Below are positions 30,901 to 38,961 of a stretch of DNA of 64,000 nucleotides, piece by piece. The stretch is from Clostridia bacterium. GTDB lineage: Bacteria > Bacillota > Clostridia > RUG12999. Position 1 is the first letter of the stretch. Each line of letters starts with the position of its first letter. Position numbers and translations under genes: made by a program. The DNA lies in contig JAZQYO010000013.1 of NCBI GenBank assembly GCA_045633565.1, positions 1,087 through 65,086 of the forward strand, given 5' to 3'. The notes beneath the pieces are model-generated. The model saw nothing but the letters and a program-made list of their open reading frames with translations. It did no database searches and had not been told where the DNA came from.

Positions 30901-31758
30901 ATGCCTTTATATGATATTGCGGGCTTAACGGTTGAATTTTCAGGCTTTGAAAACGATTTTTTTAAGCATCGGCTTGATGGATACCGGGCAAAAAAGGATG
31001 CACCGCCTGATATGACGGTTGAATTTTTAAACGAGGGGTTTAAGCCCGATGGAAAGCTCGAAGCAGTTCTGGACGGGTTCAGGCAGTATTACACCTCCTC
31101 TAATGGATACGGAATATTTGACCTTTTAAAAGCTCCGGATAACTACTGTGCCGGTCTTGATTTTGACAAAGAACTAAAAAGGGCAAAAGCATATCTTGAG
31201 GATGTTGAACAGTATGGCGGAATGTCAATGAAAATCCGCAGTTTTAATATGCTCGGGGAACTTTTCCGGTATTTTATTCTAAAACACGACGGGCTTGTAC
31301 TTCATTCCTCATGCATTAAATATAAAAATTCGGGCATTGCTTTTTCAGCGCCGTCGGGAACGGGGAAATCCACCCACACCGGGCTCTGGAAAAAATATTT
31401 CCCCGATGATGTGACCATTTTAAACGATGATTCTCCGGTGATACGTTTTAATGGAATGGTGCCCGGACTTTACGGAAGTCCGTGGAGTGGCAAAACAGAA
31501 ATAAATACAAACGAGGGCGCACCCCTTGAAGCAATAGTTATTCTGCAGCAGAATCCGGAAAACAGTATAAAGAAGCTTTCGGCAGACGAGGCGCTTTTTG
31601 AAATCCTGCAGGGGGTTACCCGTCCGGTTTTCCCGGAATTTATGAATCTGACCCTCTCGGCCGTTGAAAAACTTTTGCTTCAGGTACCGGTCTACCGGCT
31701 GAAATGTAACATATCCGAAGAAGCGGTTATGACAGTTAAAAACGAACTTGAACTGTAA
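30901..31758 (+). CDS. HPr-kinase-related P-loop protein (ScmC/lasso-kinase-like)
   Basis: LHSSC...F.APSGTGKSTH..LW, LNDD.P, YGSPWSGK. Confidence 0.75.
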   Translation: MPLYDIAGLTVEFSGFENDFFKHRLDGYRAKKDAPPDMTVEFLNEGFKPDGKLEAVLDGFRQYYTSSNGYGIFDLLKAPDNYCAGLDFDKELKRAKAYLEDVEQYGGMSMKIRSFNMLGELFRYFILKHDGLVLHSSCIKYKNSGIAFSAPSGTGKSTHTGLWKKYFPDDVTILNDDSPVIRFNGMVPGLYGSPWSGKTEINTNEGAPLEAIVILQQNPENSIKKLSADEALFEILQGVTRPVFPEFMNLTLSAVEKLLLQVPVYRLKCNISEEAVMTVKNELEL

Positions 31759-31770
31759 AGGAGAAAAGGT

Positions 31771-32037
31771 ATGAAAATTAAAAATACATTTATACTGAGA
31801 AATGTTGCAGGAAACAACATTGTTCTCCCTATGGGAGCATCTGCTGAAAGTTTCAGCGGAATGATGACTTTAAATGAAACAGGCGCTTTTTTATGGGATA
31901 ATATGCAGAAGGATACTACGATGGAGGAGCTTGTAAATGCACTGTTATCAGAATATAATGTGAGTGCAGACCAGGCAAAAGAGGATGCGGAAACCTTTAT
32001 AGAAACTCTTCGCAGTGCGGGTGTTCTTGAAGAATGA
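31771..32037 (+). CDS. PqqD-family RiPP recognition element
   Basis: F.LR.VAG..IV.P...F.GM.TLNETGAFLW....L..EY.V....A..D...F...L...G.L. Confidence 0.88.
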   Translation: MKIKNTFILRNVAGNNIVLPMGASAESFSGMMTLNETGAFLWDNMQKDTTMEELVNALLSEYNVSADQAKEDAETFIETLRSAGVLEE

Positions 32038-32483
32038 AACAAATTGTAGATATGAAAAGGCTTGAGCCGTCAATCAGAGAAATTATCGGAGCCGGCGGAA
32101 ATGTAAAGCTGACTGTAACCGGGCAGAGTATGATGCCCACGCTGATAGAACATCGCGACAGCGTTATCCTTGCACAACCGGACAAACCAAAAAAAAGTGA
32201 CATTGTTCTTTATCAGAGGACAAACGGTGAATATGTTCTTCATCGTATAGTGAAGGTCACAAAAGATGGTTTTGGCATGTGCGGTGACAATCAGCTGAAG
32301 GTTGAATATCCGGTTTTTCCGGAGCAGATTATTGCTGTGGTGTCATTTATTGTTCGCAAAGGTGAAATGATAAGCAAAAATAATCTGAAGTATAAGATAA
32401 GCTCATTTATATGGACGAATTTTATACCTATGAGACCTTTTATGCTTAAAACAGTAACAAAGATGAAAACCCGTTTTAAATAA
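32034..32483 (+). CDS. S24/S26-family peptidase
   Basis: VTGQSM.PTL catalytic Ser, DIVLY.R, YVLHRI, CGDN; ATGA overlap with the PqqD stop. Confidence 0.8.
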   Translation: MKQIVDMKRLEPSIREIIGAGGNVKLTVTGQSMMPTLIEHRDSVILAQPDKPKKSDIVLYQRTNGEYVLHRIVKVTKDGFGMCGDNQLKVEYPVFPEQIIAVVSFIVRKGEMISKNNLKYKISSFIWTNFIPMRPFMLKTVTKMKTRFK

Positions 32484-32497
32484 AAACGGGTTTTTTT
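32466..32497 (+). terminator. Intrinsic terminator
   Basis: AAAACCCGTTTT-loop-AAAACGGGTTTTTTT. Confidence 0.75.
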
Positions 32498-32507
32498 GTG
32501 TTTTCTC

Positions 32508-32536
32508 TTGCAATGATGCGAAAAATGTGGTATAAT
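32508..32536 (+). promoter_or_regulatory. SigA promoter
   Basis: TTGCAA-17-TATAAT with TGn extension. Confidence 0.7.
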
Positions 32537-32593
32537 ATCGGTTGGCTTTAAAGTAAAATAAATTATTTCAATATAATAGGAAGGAGAATTTCT

Positions 32594-33286
32594 ATGAACT
32601 ATTCAAGTGAAGTAGAAGCTATGTGCCCTCTTAAAAAGGGTGCGTATCACGGTCCTGCTCCCATTCCTCAGGAGGGTAAATGGACACAGGCAAAAGAAGT
32701 AAAAGACATTTCCGGTCTTACACACGGTATCGGTTGGTGTGCTCCTCAGCAGGGTACATGTAAACTGACACTTAACGTAAAAGAAGGTGTTATCCAGGAA
32801 GCTCTGGTTGAAACAATCGGTTGCTCCGGTATGACTCACTCAGCTGCTATGGCATCTGAAATCCTCGTTGGCAAAACAATCCTTGAAGCTTTAAACACAG
32901 ACCTTGTTTGTGACGCTATCAACACAGCTATGAGAGAACTCTTCCTCCAGATTGTTTACGGCCGTACACAGACTGCTTTCTCCGAAGACGGTCTTCCCAT
33001 CGGTGCAGGTCTTGAAGACCTTGGTAAAGGCCTCAGAAGCCAGGTTGGTACTACATACGCAACACTCAAAAAAGGCCCGAGATATCTCGAACTTGCTGAA
33101 GGTTACATCACAAAAGTAGCAGTTGACGAAGAAGGCCAGATTATCGGTTACAAATTCGTTCACCTCGGTAAAATGATGGAAATGGTTGGCAAAGGCATGG
33201 ACGCTAACGAAGCGCTCGAAAAAGCCAGCGGCCAGTATGGCAGAGTTGATGATGCTGCAAAGCTTATCGACCCCAGACATGAGTAA
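32594..33286 (+). CDS. NifU/IscU-like scaffold-domain protein (GGGtGRT partner)
   Basis: HG.GWCAPQQG.CKL, ETIGCSGMTHSAAM, DLVCDAIN. Confidence 0.8.
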   Translation: MNYSSEVEAMCPLKKGAYHGPAPIPQEGKWTQAKEVKDISGLTHGIGWCAPQQGTCKLTLNVKEGVIQEALVETIGCSGMTHSAAMASEILVGKTILEALNTDLVCDAINTAMRELFLQIVYGRTQTAFSEDGLPIGAGLEDLGKGLRSQVGTTYATLKKGPRYLELAEGYITKVAVDEEGQIIGYKFVHLGKMMEMVGKGMDANEALEKASGQYGRVDDAAKLIDPRHE

Positions 33287-33300
33287 GGAGGTATAGCGAA

Positions 33301-34302
33301 ATGGCATTATTTGAAAGTTACGAAAGAAGAATTAAACAGATAAACGAAGAACTCGCTAAACACGGCATTTCTTCTATCGAAGAAGCAAAGAAAATCTGTG
33401 ATGATAAAGGCATCGACGTTTATAACCTTGTTAAAGGTATCCAGCCCATCTGTTTTGAAAATGCTTGCTGGGCTTACATTGTAGGTGCTGCAATTGCAAT
33501 TAAAGATGGCTGCACAAAAGCTGCTGACGCTGCTGAAAAAATCGGTCTCGGTCTCCAGTCTTTCTGTATCCCCGGATCTGTTGCTGACGACAGAAAAGTT
33601 GGTATCGGTCACGGTAACCTGGGCGCTATGCTTTTAAGAGAAGAAACAAAATGTTTCGCATTCCTTGCAGGTCACGAATCCTTCGCTGCTGCTGAAGGCG
33701 CTATCGGTCTTGCAAAATCTGCTAACAAAGCAAGAAAAGAAGATTTAAGAGTTATCCTTAACGGTCTTGGTAAAGACGCTGCTCAGATTATTTCCAGAAT
33801 CAACGGCTTTACTTATGTTCAGACTCAGTTTGACTATTATACAGGCGAAGTTAAAATTGTTAAAGAAACTGCTTACTCCAAGGGCGAAAGAGCAAAAGTT
33901 CGTTGCTACGGTGCGGACGATGTTCGTGAAGGTGTTGCAATCATGCACCTTGAAGGAGTTGACGTTTCCATCACAGGTAACTCCACCAACCCCACACGTT
34001 TCCAGCATCCCGTTGCAGGTACATATAAGAAAGAATGTATCCTCCAGGGTAAAAAATACTTCTCCGTTGCTTCCGGCGGTGGTACAGGACGTACACTCCA
34101 CCCGGACAACATGGCAGCAGGCCCCGCTTCCTACGGTATGACAGATACAATGGGACGTATGCACTCTGACGCTCAGTTTGCAGGTTCATCTTCTGTTCCC
34201 GCCCATGTTGAAATGATGGGACTTATCGGCGCAGGTAACAACCCCATGGTTGGTATGACTGTTGCAGTTGCCGTTGCTATCGAAGAAGCAATGAAAGGCT
34301 AA
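33301..34302 (+). CDS. GGGtGRT protein
   Basis: Contains the eponymous SGGGTGRTLHP motif; MALFESYERRI N-terminus. Confidence 0.9.
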   Translation: MALFESYERRIKQINEELAKHGISSIEEAKKICDDKGIDVYNLVKGIQPICFENACWAYIVGAAIAIKDGCTKAADAAEKIGLGLQSFCIPGSVADDRKVGIGHGNLGAMLLREETKCFAFLAGHESFAAAEGAIGLAKSANKARKEDLRVILNGLGKDAAQIISRINGFTYVQTQFDYYTGEVKIVKETAYSKGERAKVRCYGADDVREGVAIMHLEGVDVSITGNSTNPTRFQHPVAGTYKKECILQGKKYFSVASGGGTGRTLHPDNMAAGPASYGMTDTMGRMHSDAQFAGSSSVPAHVEMMGLIGAGNNPMVGMTVAVAVAIEEAMKG

Positions 34303-34313
34303 TTATTTCTATT

Positions 34314-34340
34314 AAAAAATCCCCGTTCCGGGGATTTTTT
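34314..34340 (+). terminator. Intrinsic terminator
   Basis: AAAAAATCCCCG-TTC-CGGGGATTTTTT. Confidence 0.8.
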
Positions 34341-34364
34341 GTTTGTTGGAAGGTGTATGGAATT

Positions 34365-34832
34365 ATGGAATTTCCAAAACGAAAAAATTTGCGGTTGAAA
34401 AATTTTGATTATTCCACAGGTGGTTATTATTTTATAACAATTTGCACACATAACAGACAAGAATTATTTGGTGAAATTGTAGGGGCGACCCTATGTGGTC
34501 GCCCGGGTGAAATGATTGAAAAATGGTTGTTCAAATTGCAAAATAAATTTAATGATGTTGAAATTACCGATTATGTAATAATGCCCGACCACATACATTT
34601 TATTATTTCCAAAACGGGCGACCACACAGGGTCGCCCCTACGGGATATGGTGGGTTGGTTTAAAACCATGACAACAAATAAATATATCAGAAATGTCAAG
34701 AATAACGAATTTCAACCATTTTCCAAAAAAATATGGCAACGGGGATATTACGAACATATTATCAGAGACGAACAAGATTATTTAACAAAGGCAAGGTACA
34801 TACAAAACAACATTTATAAGAAAACATTATAA
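34365..34832 (+). mobile_element. REP-associated tyrosine transposase (RAYT, Y1 HUH); C-terminus possibly degenerate
   Basis: RK.LRL..FDYS..G.YFITICT, VIMPDHIH (HUH), WQRGYYEHIIR, YI.NN. Confidence 0.85.
34479..34641. repeat. Inverted pair of 27-bp GTAG-type REPs inside the RAYT ORF
   Basis: 34479-34505 GTAGGGGCGACCCTATGTGGTCGCCCG; 34615-34641 is its reverse complement with 1 mismatch; degenerate third copy at 34847-34873. Confidence 0.85.
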
Positions 34833-34890
34833 ATATTCCCCTTATCGCAGGATTGAATCTATATGTTCGCCCGAATTATTAATTACAACC

Positions 34891-34923
34891 AAAAAGACGC
34901 ATCAATCTGATGCGTCTTTTTTT
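34891..34923. repeat. Palindrome copy 1 (AAGACGCATCA-ATC-TGATGCGTCTT), bidirectional-terminator-like
   Basis: Read directly; recurs at 35523 and 36334. Confidence 0.85.
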
Positions 34924-35180
34924 ATTCTTATAATTTGATATACAGTATACGGCATAATAATTAGACGCCAAAAAATATATAATATCAATAGAAAAATTTT
35001 AAAAGGAAAAAGAATAAAACGACATCTGAACAGGTAATATGTACGGCGTGGACAGACAACTACTCTTTTCCACTCGCCGCACTCTTCACATAGGTCTAAA
35101 TAATCAGACATTATATATTTGCTTTCATCATCATTTGTTTCGTTTATTTTATTAAAACATTCCAGACAAAATTCAGCCAT
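34902..35180 (-). CDS. Small Cys-rich (CxxC...CxxC) protein with C-terminal TM
   Basis: MAEFCLEC...DLCEECGEWK..V; AGGAG RBS; own TTGATT-17-TATAAT promoter at 35220-35248. Confidence 0.65.
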   Translation of the reverse strand: MAEFCLECFNKINETNDDESKYIMSDYLDLCEECGEWKRVVVCPRRTYYLFRCRFILFPFKIFLLILYIFWRLIIMPYTVYQIIRIKKDASD

Positions 35181-35198
35181 AATCAACACTCCTTGCGC

Positions 35199-35273
35199 AA
35201 TTGCACTAATATAAGTGCAATTATAACACAAATTAAGTATATAATCAAGAAAAATATACTTATTTAGGTGCAA
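35199..35273. promoter_or_regulatory. Divergent promoter region with palindromic operator candidates
   Basis: AATTGCACT-AATATA-AGTGCAATT (35199-35222) and a related site at 35254-35273. Confidence 0.55.
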
Positions 35274-35284
35274 ATGGTGATGTT

Positions 35285-35509
35285 ATGAATATGGAATATG
35301 AAAAGCAGGTTGGAGAAAACATCAGAACACTTCGAAAGAGCAGAAAACTTACACAGGACCAATTGGCAGCAAAATTGCAGGTTTTAGGATGTGATATTAC
35401 GCGGAGCGCACTTGCTAAAATTGAGGTGGGACAGCGACATTTGTATGCCGATGAAATAAAAGCTCTGAAAGAAATTTTAAATGTTCCGTATGAAAATATT
35501 CTTGGCTAA
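35285..35509 (+). CDS. XRE-family HTH regulator
   Basis: G.NIR.LR..RKLTQ.QLA...ITRSALAKIE.GQR. Confidence 0.85.
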   Translation: MNMEYEKQVGENIRTLRKSRKLTQDQLAAKLQVLGCDITRSALAKIEVGQRHLYADEIKALKEILNVPYENILG

Positions 35510-35522
35510 AAAATTATATTTT

Positions 35523-35549
35523 AAGACGCATCAATCTGATGCGTCTTTT
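35523..35549. repeat. Palindrome copy 2
   Basis: AAGACGCATCAATCTGATGCGTCTTTT, core identical to copy 1. Confidence 0.85.
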
Positions 35550-35603
35550 CTATTGAATTATTCTTTAGAAAATGCTATAATGGTGTCAAAGGATGTGTCA
35601 CAA

Positions 35604-36335
35604 ATGAAAGAAACGATTTACACAATACCTATAAATGAAGCGTTGGAAAAGGAATGTTTTTGTCCCCTGTGCGAGATGTATAAGGACGTTGAGCGTTCGG
35701 AAATTAAATATGCTGTGGGACCTGCTATGATGGAGCCGGATTTCCGTGAGATAACCAACAAAAAGGGTTTTTGCAAAAAGCACATTGCAGATTTAAACGC
35801 TGAGAGCAAGGCACTTGCACTTGCGCTGGTATTTGACACTCATCTTGCAGAAATTGAAAATATTATGGATGCTGATTTGTCCGGCAAAAAAGGTCTTTTC
35901 AAAAAGGATGAAGCATCAGAAAAGTTTGTAGCAGAGCTTAAAAATGTTACAGAGTCCTGTGTGATTTGCGAGAGAACAGAAAGCACCTTCAGAAGATACA
36001 TAGACAACTTTGTGTATCTTCTTAAAAAAGATTCTGATTTTATGGAAAAGGTTTTAAAAACCGATGGCTTTTGTATGGAACATTTCACTGCTCTTACCGC
36101 AAAGGCAAAGGAAGAATTTTCAGAGGGCGATTTTAAAAAATATTTTCTGCCCATTATAGAACTGCAGAAAAAACGGGTAGAGCAATATCATATCTACATA
36201 AAAAATTTCGTGGATAAGTTTGACTACCGCAACAAAGACAAGCCGCTTGATGCACCAAAAGATACGCTGATGCAGACCAGCCGGCTTTTAAATGGGGAAT
36301 TTGAGCCGAAAGAGAAAAAGCTTGATAATATTTAA
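35604..36335 (+). CDS. DUF6062-like Cys/His-rich protein
   Basis: MKE.IYTIP.N, CPLC, MMEPD.R, GFC..H, C.IC, GFC..HF, F..KFDYRN. Confidence 0.7.
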   Translation: MKETIYTIPINEALEKECFCPLCEMYKDVERSEIKYAVGPAMMEPDFREITNKKGFCKKHIADLNAESKALALALVFDTHLAEIENIMDADLSGKKGLFKKDEASEKFVAELKNVTESCVICERTESTFRRYIDNFVYLLKKDSDFMEKVLKTDGFCMEHFTALTAKAKEEFSEGDFKKYFLPIIELQKKRVEQYHIYIKNFVDKFDYRNKDKPLDAPKDTLMQTSRLLNGEFEPKEKKLDNI

Positions 36336-36365
36336 AAAGACGCATCAATTTGATGCGTCTTTTTT
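36334..36365. repeat. Palindrome copy 3
   Basis: AAAAAGACGCATCAATTTGATGCGTCTTTTT, one loop substitution. Confidence 0.85.
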
Positions 36366-36374
36366 ATATGTTGC

Positions 36375-38315
36375 TTACTGAGTTATTAATACTGTATTTG
36401 TTGCACCGTCCCATTGGACATTGCAGTCAAAGCTTTCGGCTACTGCTCTTACTGGGACGAGTGTGCGTCCGTTTACAACGAAGGAGGGAACATCAAAGGA
36501 AATGATTTTATCATTTTTGAAAATGTTGCTGTTGCCGATTACAACCGAAACATTTGTTCCGCCTTTAACGCCGCTTGCGGTCTGCGAAGCATCGTTCCAG
36601 GAAACAGTTGCACCAAGTTTTTCAAAAATGGCTCTCATGGGAACCATTGTTCTGTCCCGGTATAAAATGGGGGACTGGTCAAACGCCACTTCCTCACCAT
36701 TAACTTTAACGGTGATTTTTTGCGTGGGGTCAGCGGCTTTGTTGATTACAAACTGTTTTTCTACCTGATGATTTCCGCTGCCGGTAGCAAGAACGGTGAG
36801 TGTATGCTGGCCGTTTGGCAGGTCGGACAAATCAAGAGTTGCGCAGAAAGGCATTTTATCAGAGTATCCTTTAAATTCATTTCCTATGTAATAAGCAACA
36901 CTTGTGACATCTTCACCATAAATGTGAGCATAGCTGTAGAGGTTCAGATAATCACCGCAATAGTATCCTTCTTCAATTTCGTCGTAAGCGAAAGAGCTGG
37001 TGTTTGATGCGGTGTCCTGAATAAACCTGCCCGTTTTGGTCATCTTCAGGTATTCTGCCTGAAGTCTTGGTGTGTTGCTGAGTGCAAAGTTGTTTGCTTC
37101 GTTGGGCATGGTCATGTCAAAATGGGCAATCAGTTTTACCTGAGGGTAAACCATGGGAATATAGTTATAAAACTCGTTCAGGCGTTTAATTGCCCAGTCG
37201 GTTGTGTCCTCACCGTTGGTGCGGACATAATTTGTAAATCCCGATTCGGAAATCATGATGGGTTTTCTGTCGCCAAAGCGCGAAATAATGTCAGAAACTG
37301 CAAGAACCGGATCTGAATTTATGCCCGTTTTAAAAAGAACCTCAGTGAAATCGTCGGTTATATTGGGGTTTCCCTGAAAATATTTCTGCGAATATGCCGA
37401 CATACCAACCCAGTCAACATACTCATCACCGGGATAATAGTCGTTAACATCTGTATACATACCCGAAACCTGGTTGGGGCTGAACACCATTGCAACATTT
37501 GAGTTTCTTGATTTGAAATAGCCTGAAACATGGCGGAAAGCCTGAATAAAAGCGTCGGACTGAGCCATATTTCCCCAAACATCAAATTCTGCACCGAATC
37601 TTAAAAATACCGGAACGGAGGGGTACTCTGCAAAAAGCTCTGAAATCTGATATAAGTTGTGGTCGCCATAGTTTCCTGCTGAAATATCATAACCTTCATT
37701 GGGGCAGTTGAGCGCGAATTCAATTGCAATTCCTGAATCGGAAGCTTCGCCAAAGATTTTCTTTTCAAGCGCGGTTACAGATGAACCAAGCTCGTGATAT
37801 AAGAGAAGCATTGACTCGTTTTTCAGCTGACTTCTTGTTCCGCCGTCAGAATTTACGCCAAAAAGAATGCCATTTTGAGGTTCATGTTTTGCGCCGTAGT
37901 ATGTGGACGGATTACCGTCTGTGAAAACTCTGAGCTGAGAATGGTACTGAAGAATTTTGGCACTTGCAATTTTGACGCTGTCATCCCAACCTACCTTTTC
38001 ACCGTAGGGGAGAAATTTTTCAAAAACGTCGGCACTTTTGTCAAATTCACCGATTGCGGCATAAGACCGGCCTATCTCCTGAAGCCTGGATGCTAATACA
38101 GCGAGAGTGTTTTCATTTTCCGGTTCCTTTTCCATAAGGTCAACCGTTTTGTTTCCGTATTCAATAATTCCATGATTATCTCCGGAATCAATAGCAGCAG
38201 AATATGCATCGTTGATTGCCCAGAACGCCTGCGGGAAATTATATGCGCCCACAGTTTGCGGAAAAACTGAAAGAATCATAACAAAGGTTAAAAGGGTGTA
38301 AAAAAATCTTTTCAT
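36375..38315 (-). CDS. Secreted GH26-like glycoside hydrolase with TPR-like N-terminus and C-terminal copper-amine-oxidase-N domain
   Basis: Signal peptide; FLRFGAEFD acid/base, YYPGDEYVDWVG, KPIMISESG nucleophile; RTMVPMRAIFE.LG and GRTLVPVRAVAE stalk repeats. Confidence 0.75.
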   Translation of the reverse strand: MKRFFYTLLTFVMILSVFPQTVGAYNFPQAFWAINDAYSAAIDSGDNHGIIEYGNKTVDLMEKEPENENTLAVLASRLQEIGRSYAAIGEFDKSADVFEKFLPYGEKVGWDDSVKIASAKILQYHSQLRVFTDGNPSTYYGAKHEPQNGILFGVNSDGGTRSQLKNESMLLLYHELGSSVTALEKKIFGEASDSGIAIEFALNCPNEGYDISAGNYGDHNLYQISELFAEYPSVPVFLRFGAEFDVWGNMAQSDAFIQAFRHVSGYFKSRNSNVAMVFSPNQVSGMYTDVNDYYPGDEYVDWVGMSAYSQKYFQGNPNITDDFTEVLFKTGINSDPVLAVSDIISRFGDRKPIMISESGFTNYVRTNGEDTTDWAIKRLNEFYNYIPMVYPQVKLIAHFDMTMPNEANNFALSNTPRLQAEYLKMTKTGRFIQDTASNTSSFAYDEIEEGYYCGDYLNLYSYAHIYGEDVTSVAYYIGNEFKGYSDKMPFCATLDLSDLPNGQHTLTVLATGSGNHQVEKQFVINKAADPTQKITVKVNGEEVAFDQSPILYRDRTMVPMRAIFEKLGATVSWNDASQTASGVKGGTNVSVVIGNSNIFKNDKIISFDVPSFVVNGRTLVPVRAVAESFDCNVQWDGATNTVLITQ

Positions 38316-38391
38316 TTGATCCTCCCCAAATTATTTATTTTATTTCATTTTACCATAAAAAGATGGGGATGACAATACAAAAATCGCATTT

Positions 38392-38895
38392 TTACTCATT
38401 TTCCGGCTCGCCGACGCCAATTATATGAATAACACGCAGTTTCTGATAATCATAAGTGGACAGAGGACGGTTTCGTGCGTCATAGCTGTGGGCAGAAACG
38501 AGTATTCGCCGGTCGCCCCTGTAAAGAGGACGAATACCGGTGACAATTACTGTATGGGTGAAACTTTCTCCGTCAAAACTCAGTTGGATTACATCACCCG
38601 GCTGAGCATCAGAAAGCTCCGCGTCTTCACCGAAGGGTCCAGGCCCGGTGTTTGTGGTAAGAAAATTATATAAAAATTCTACACCGGTCCAGGAAGGACT
38701 GCGATTATCCGGGGAAATAAAATACCAGCCAAAGGTGGGCGTGAAATTCATCACACCGCTTCCGGCATAAAGACTCTGTGAAACAAAATTTGTGCAATCG
38801 CCGCCAAGGTCGCTGAAGTCATAGTAAAAAGGGTTTCGTTCGAAAGCCCAGAAAAGGGCGTAAAGCACCGCCTCGGTGCGGTTATATGGAAGCAT
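38392..38895 (-). CDS. Amidase_6-domain protein
   Basis: YNR..AV.YA..W...RNP.Y...GGDCTNFVSQ, PGDVIQ, H..IV, AHS. Confidence 0.85.
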   Translation of the reverse strand: MLPYNRTEAVLYALFWAFERNPFYYDFSDLGGDCTNFVSQSLYAGSGVMNFTPTFGWYFISPDNRSPSWTGVEFLYNFLTTNTGPGPFGEDAELSDAQPGDVIQLSFDGESFTHTVIVTGIRPLYRGDRRILVSAHSYDARNRPLSTYDYQKLRVIHIIGVGEPENE

Positions 38896-38961
38896 ATATA
38901 GGCTCCTTTCTATAAAAAATCTCCGCTACATTATATGCAGCGGAGATTGTGTTGGTTTATT

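Noticed and set aside
30626-32497. tRNA-integrated island (att site)
   Set aside because: No integrase and no duplicated tRNA 3' end seen; the cassette lies on the 5' side of the tRNA.
34891-36365. CRISPR array interpretation of the three palindromes
   Set aside because: Spacing is 600-800 bp with whole genes in between, and there are no cas genes.
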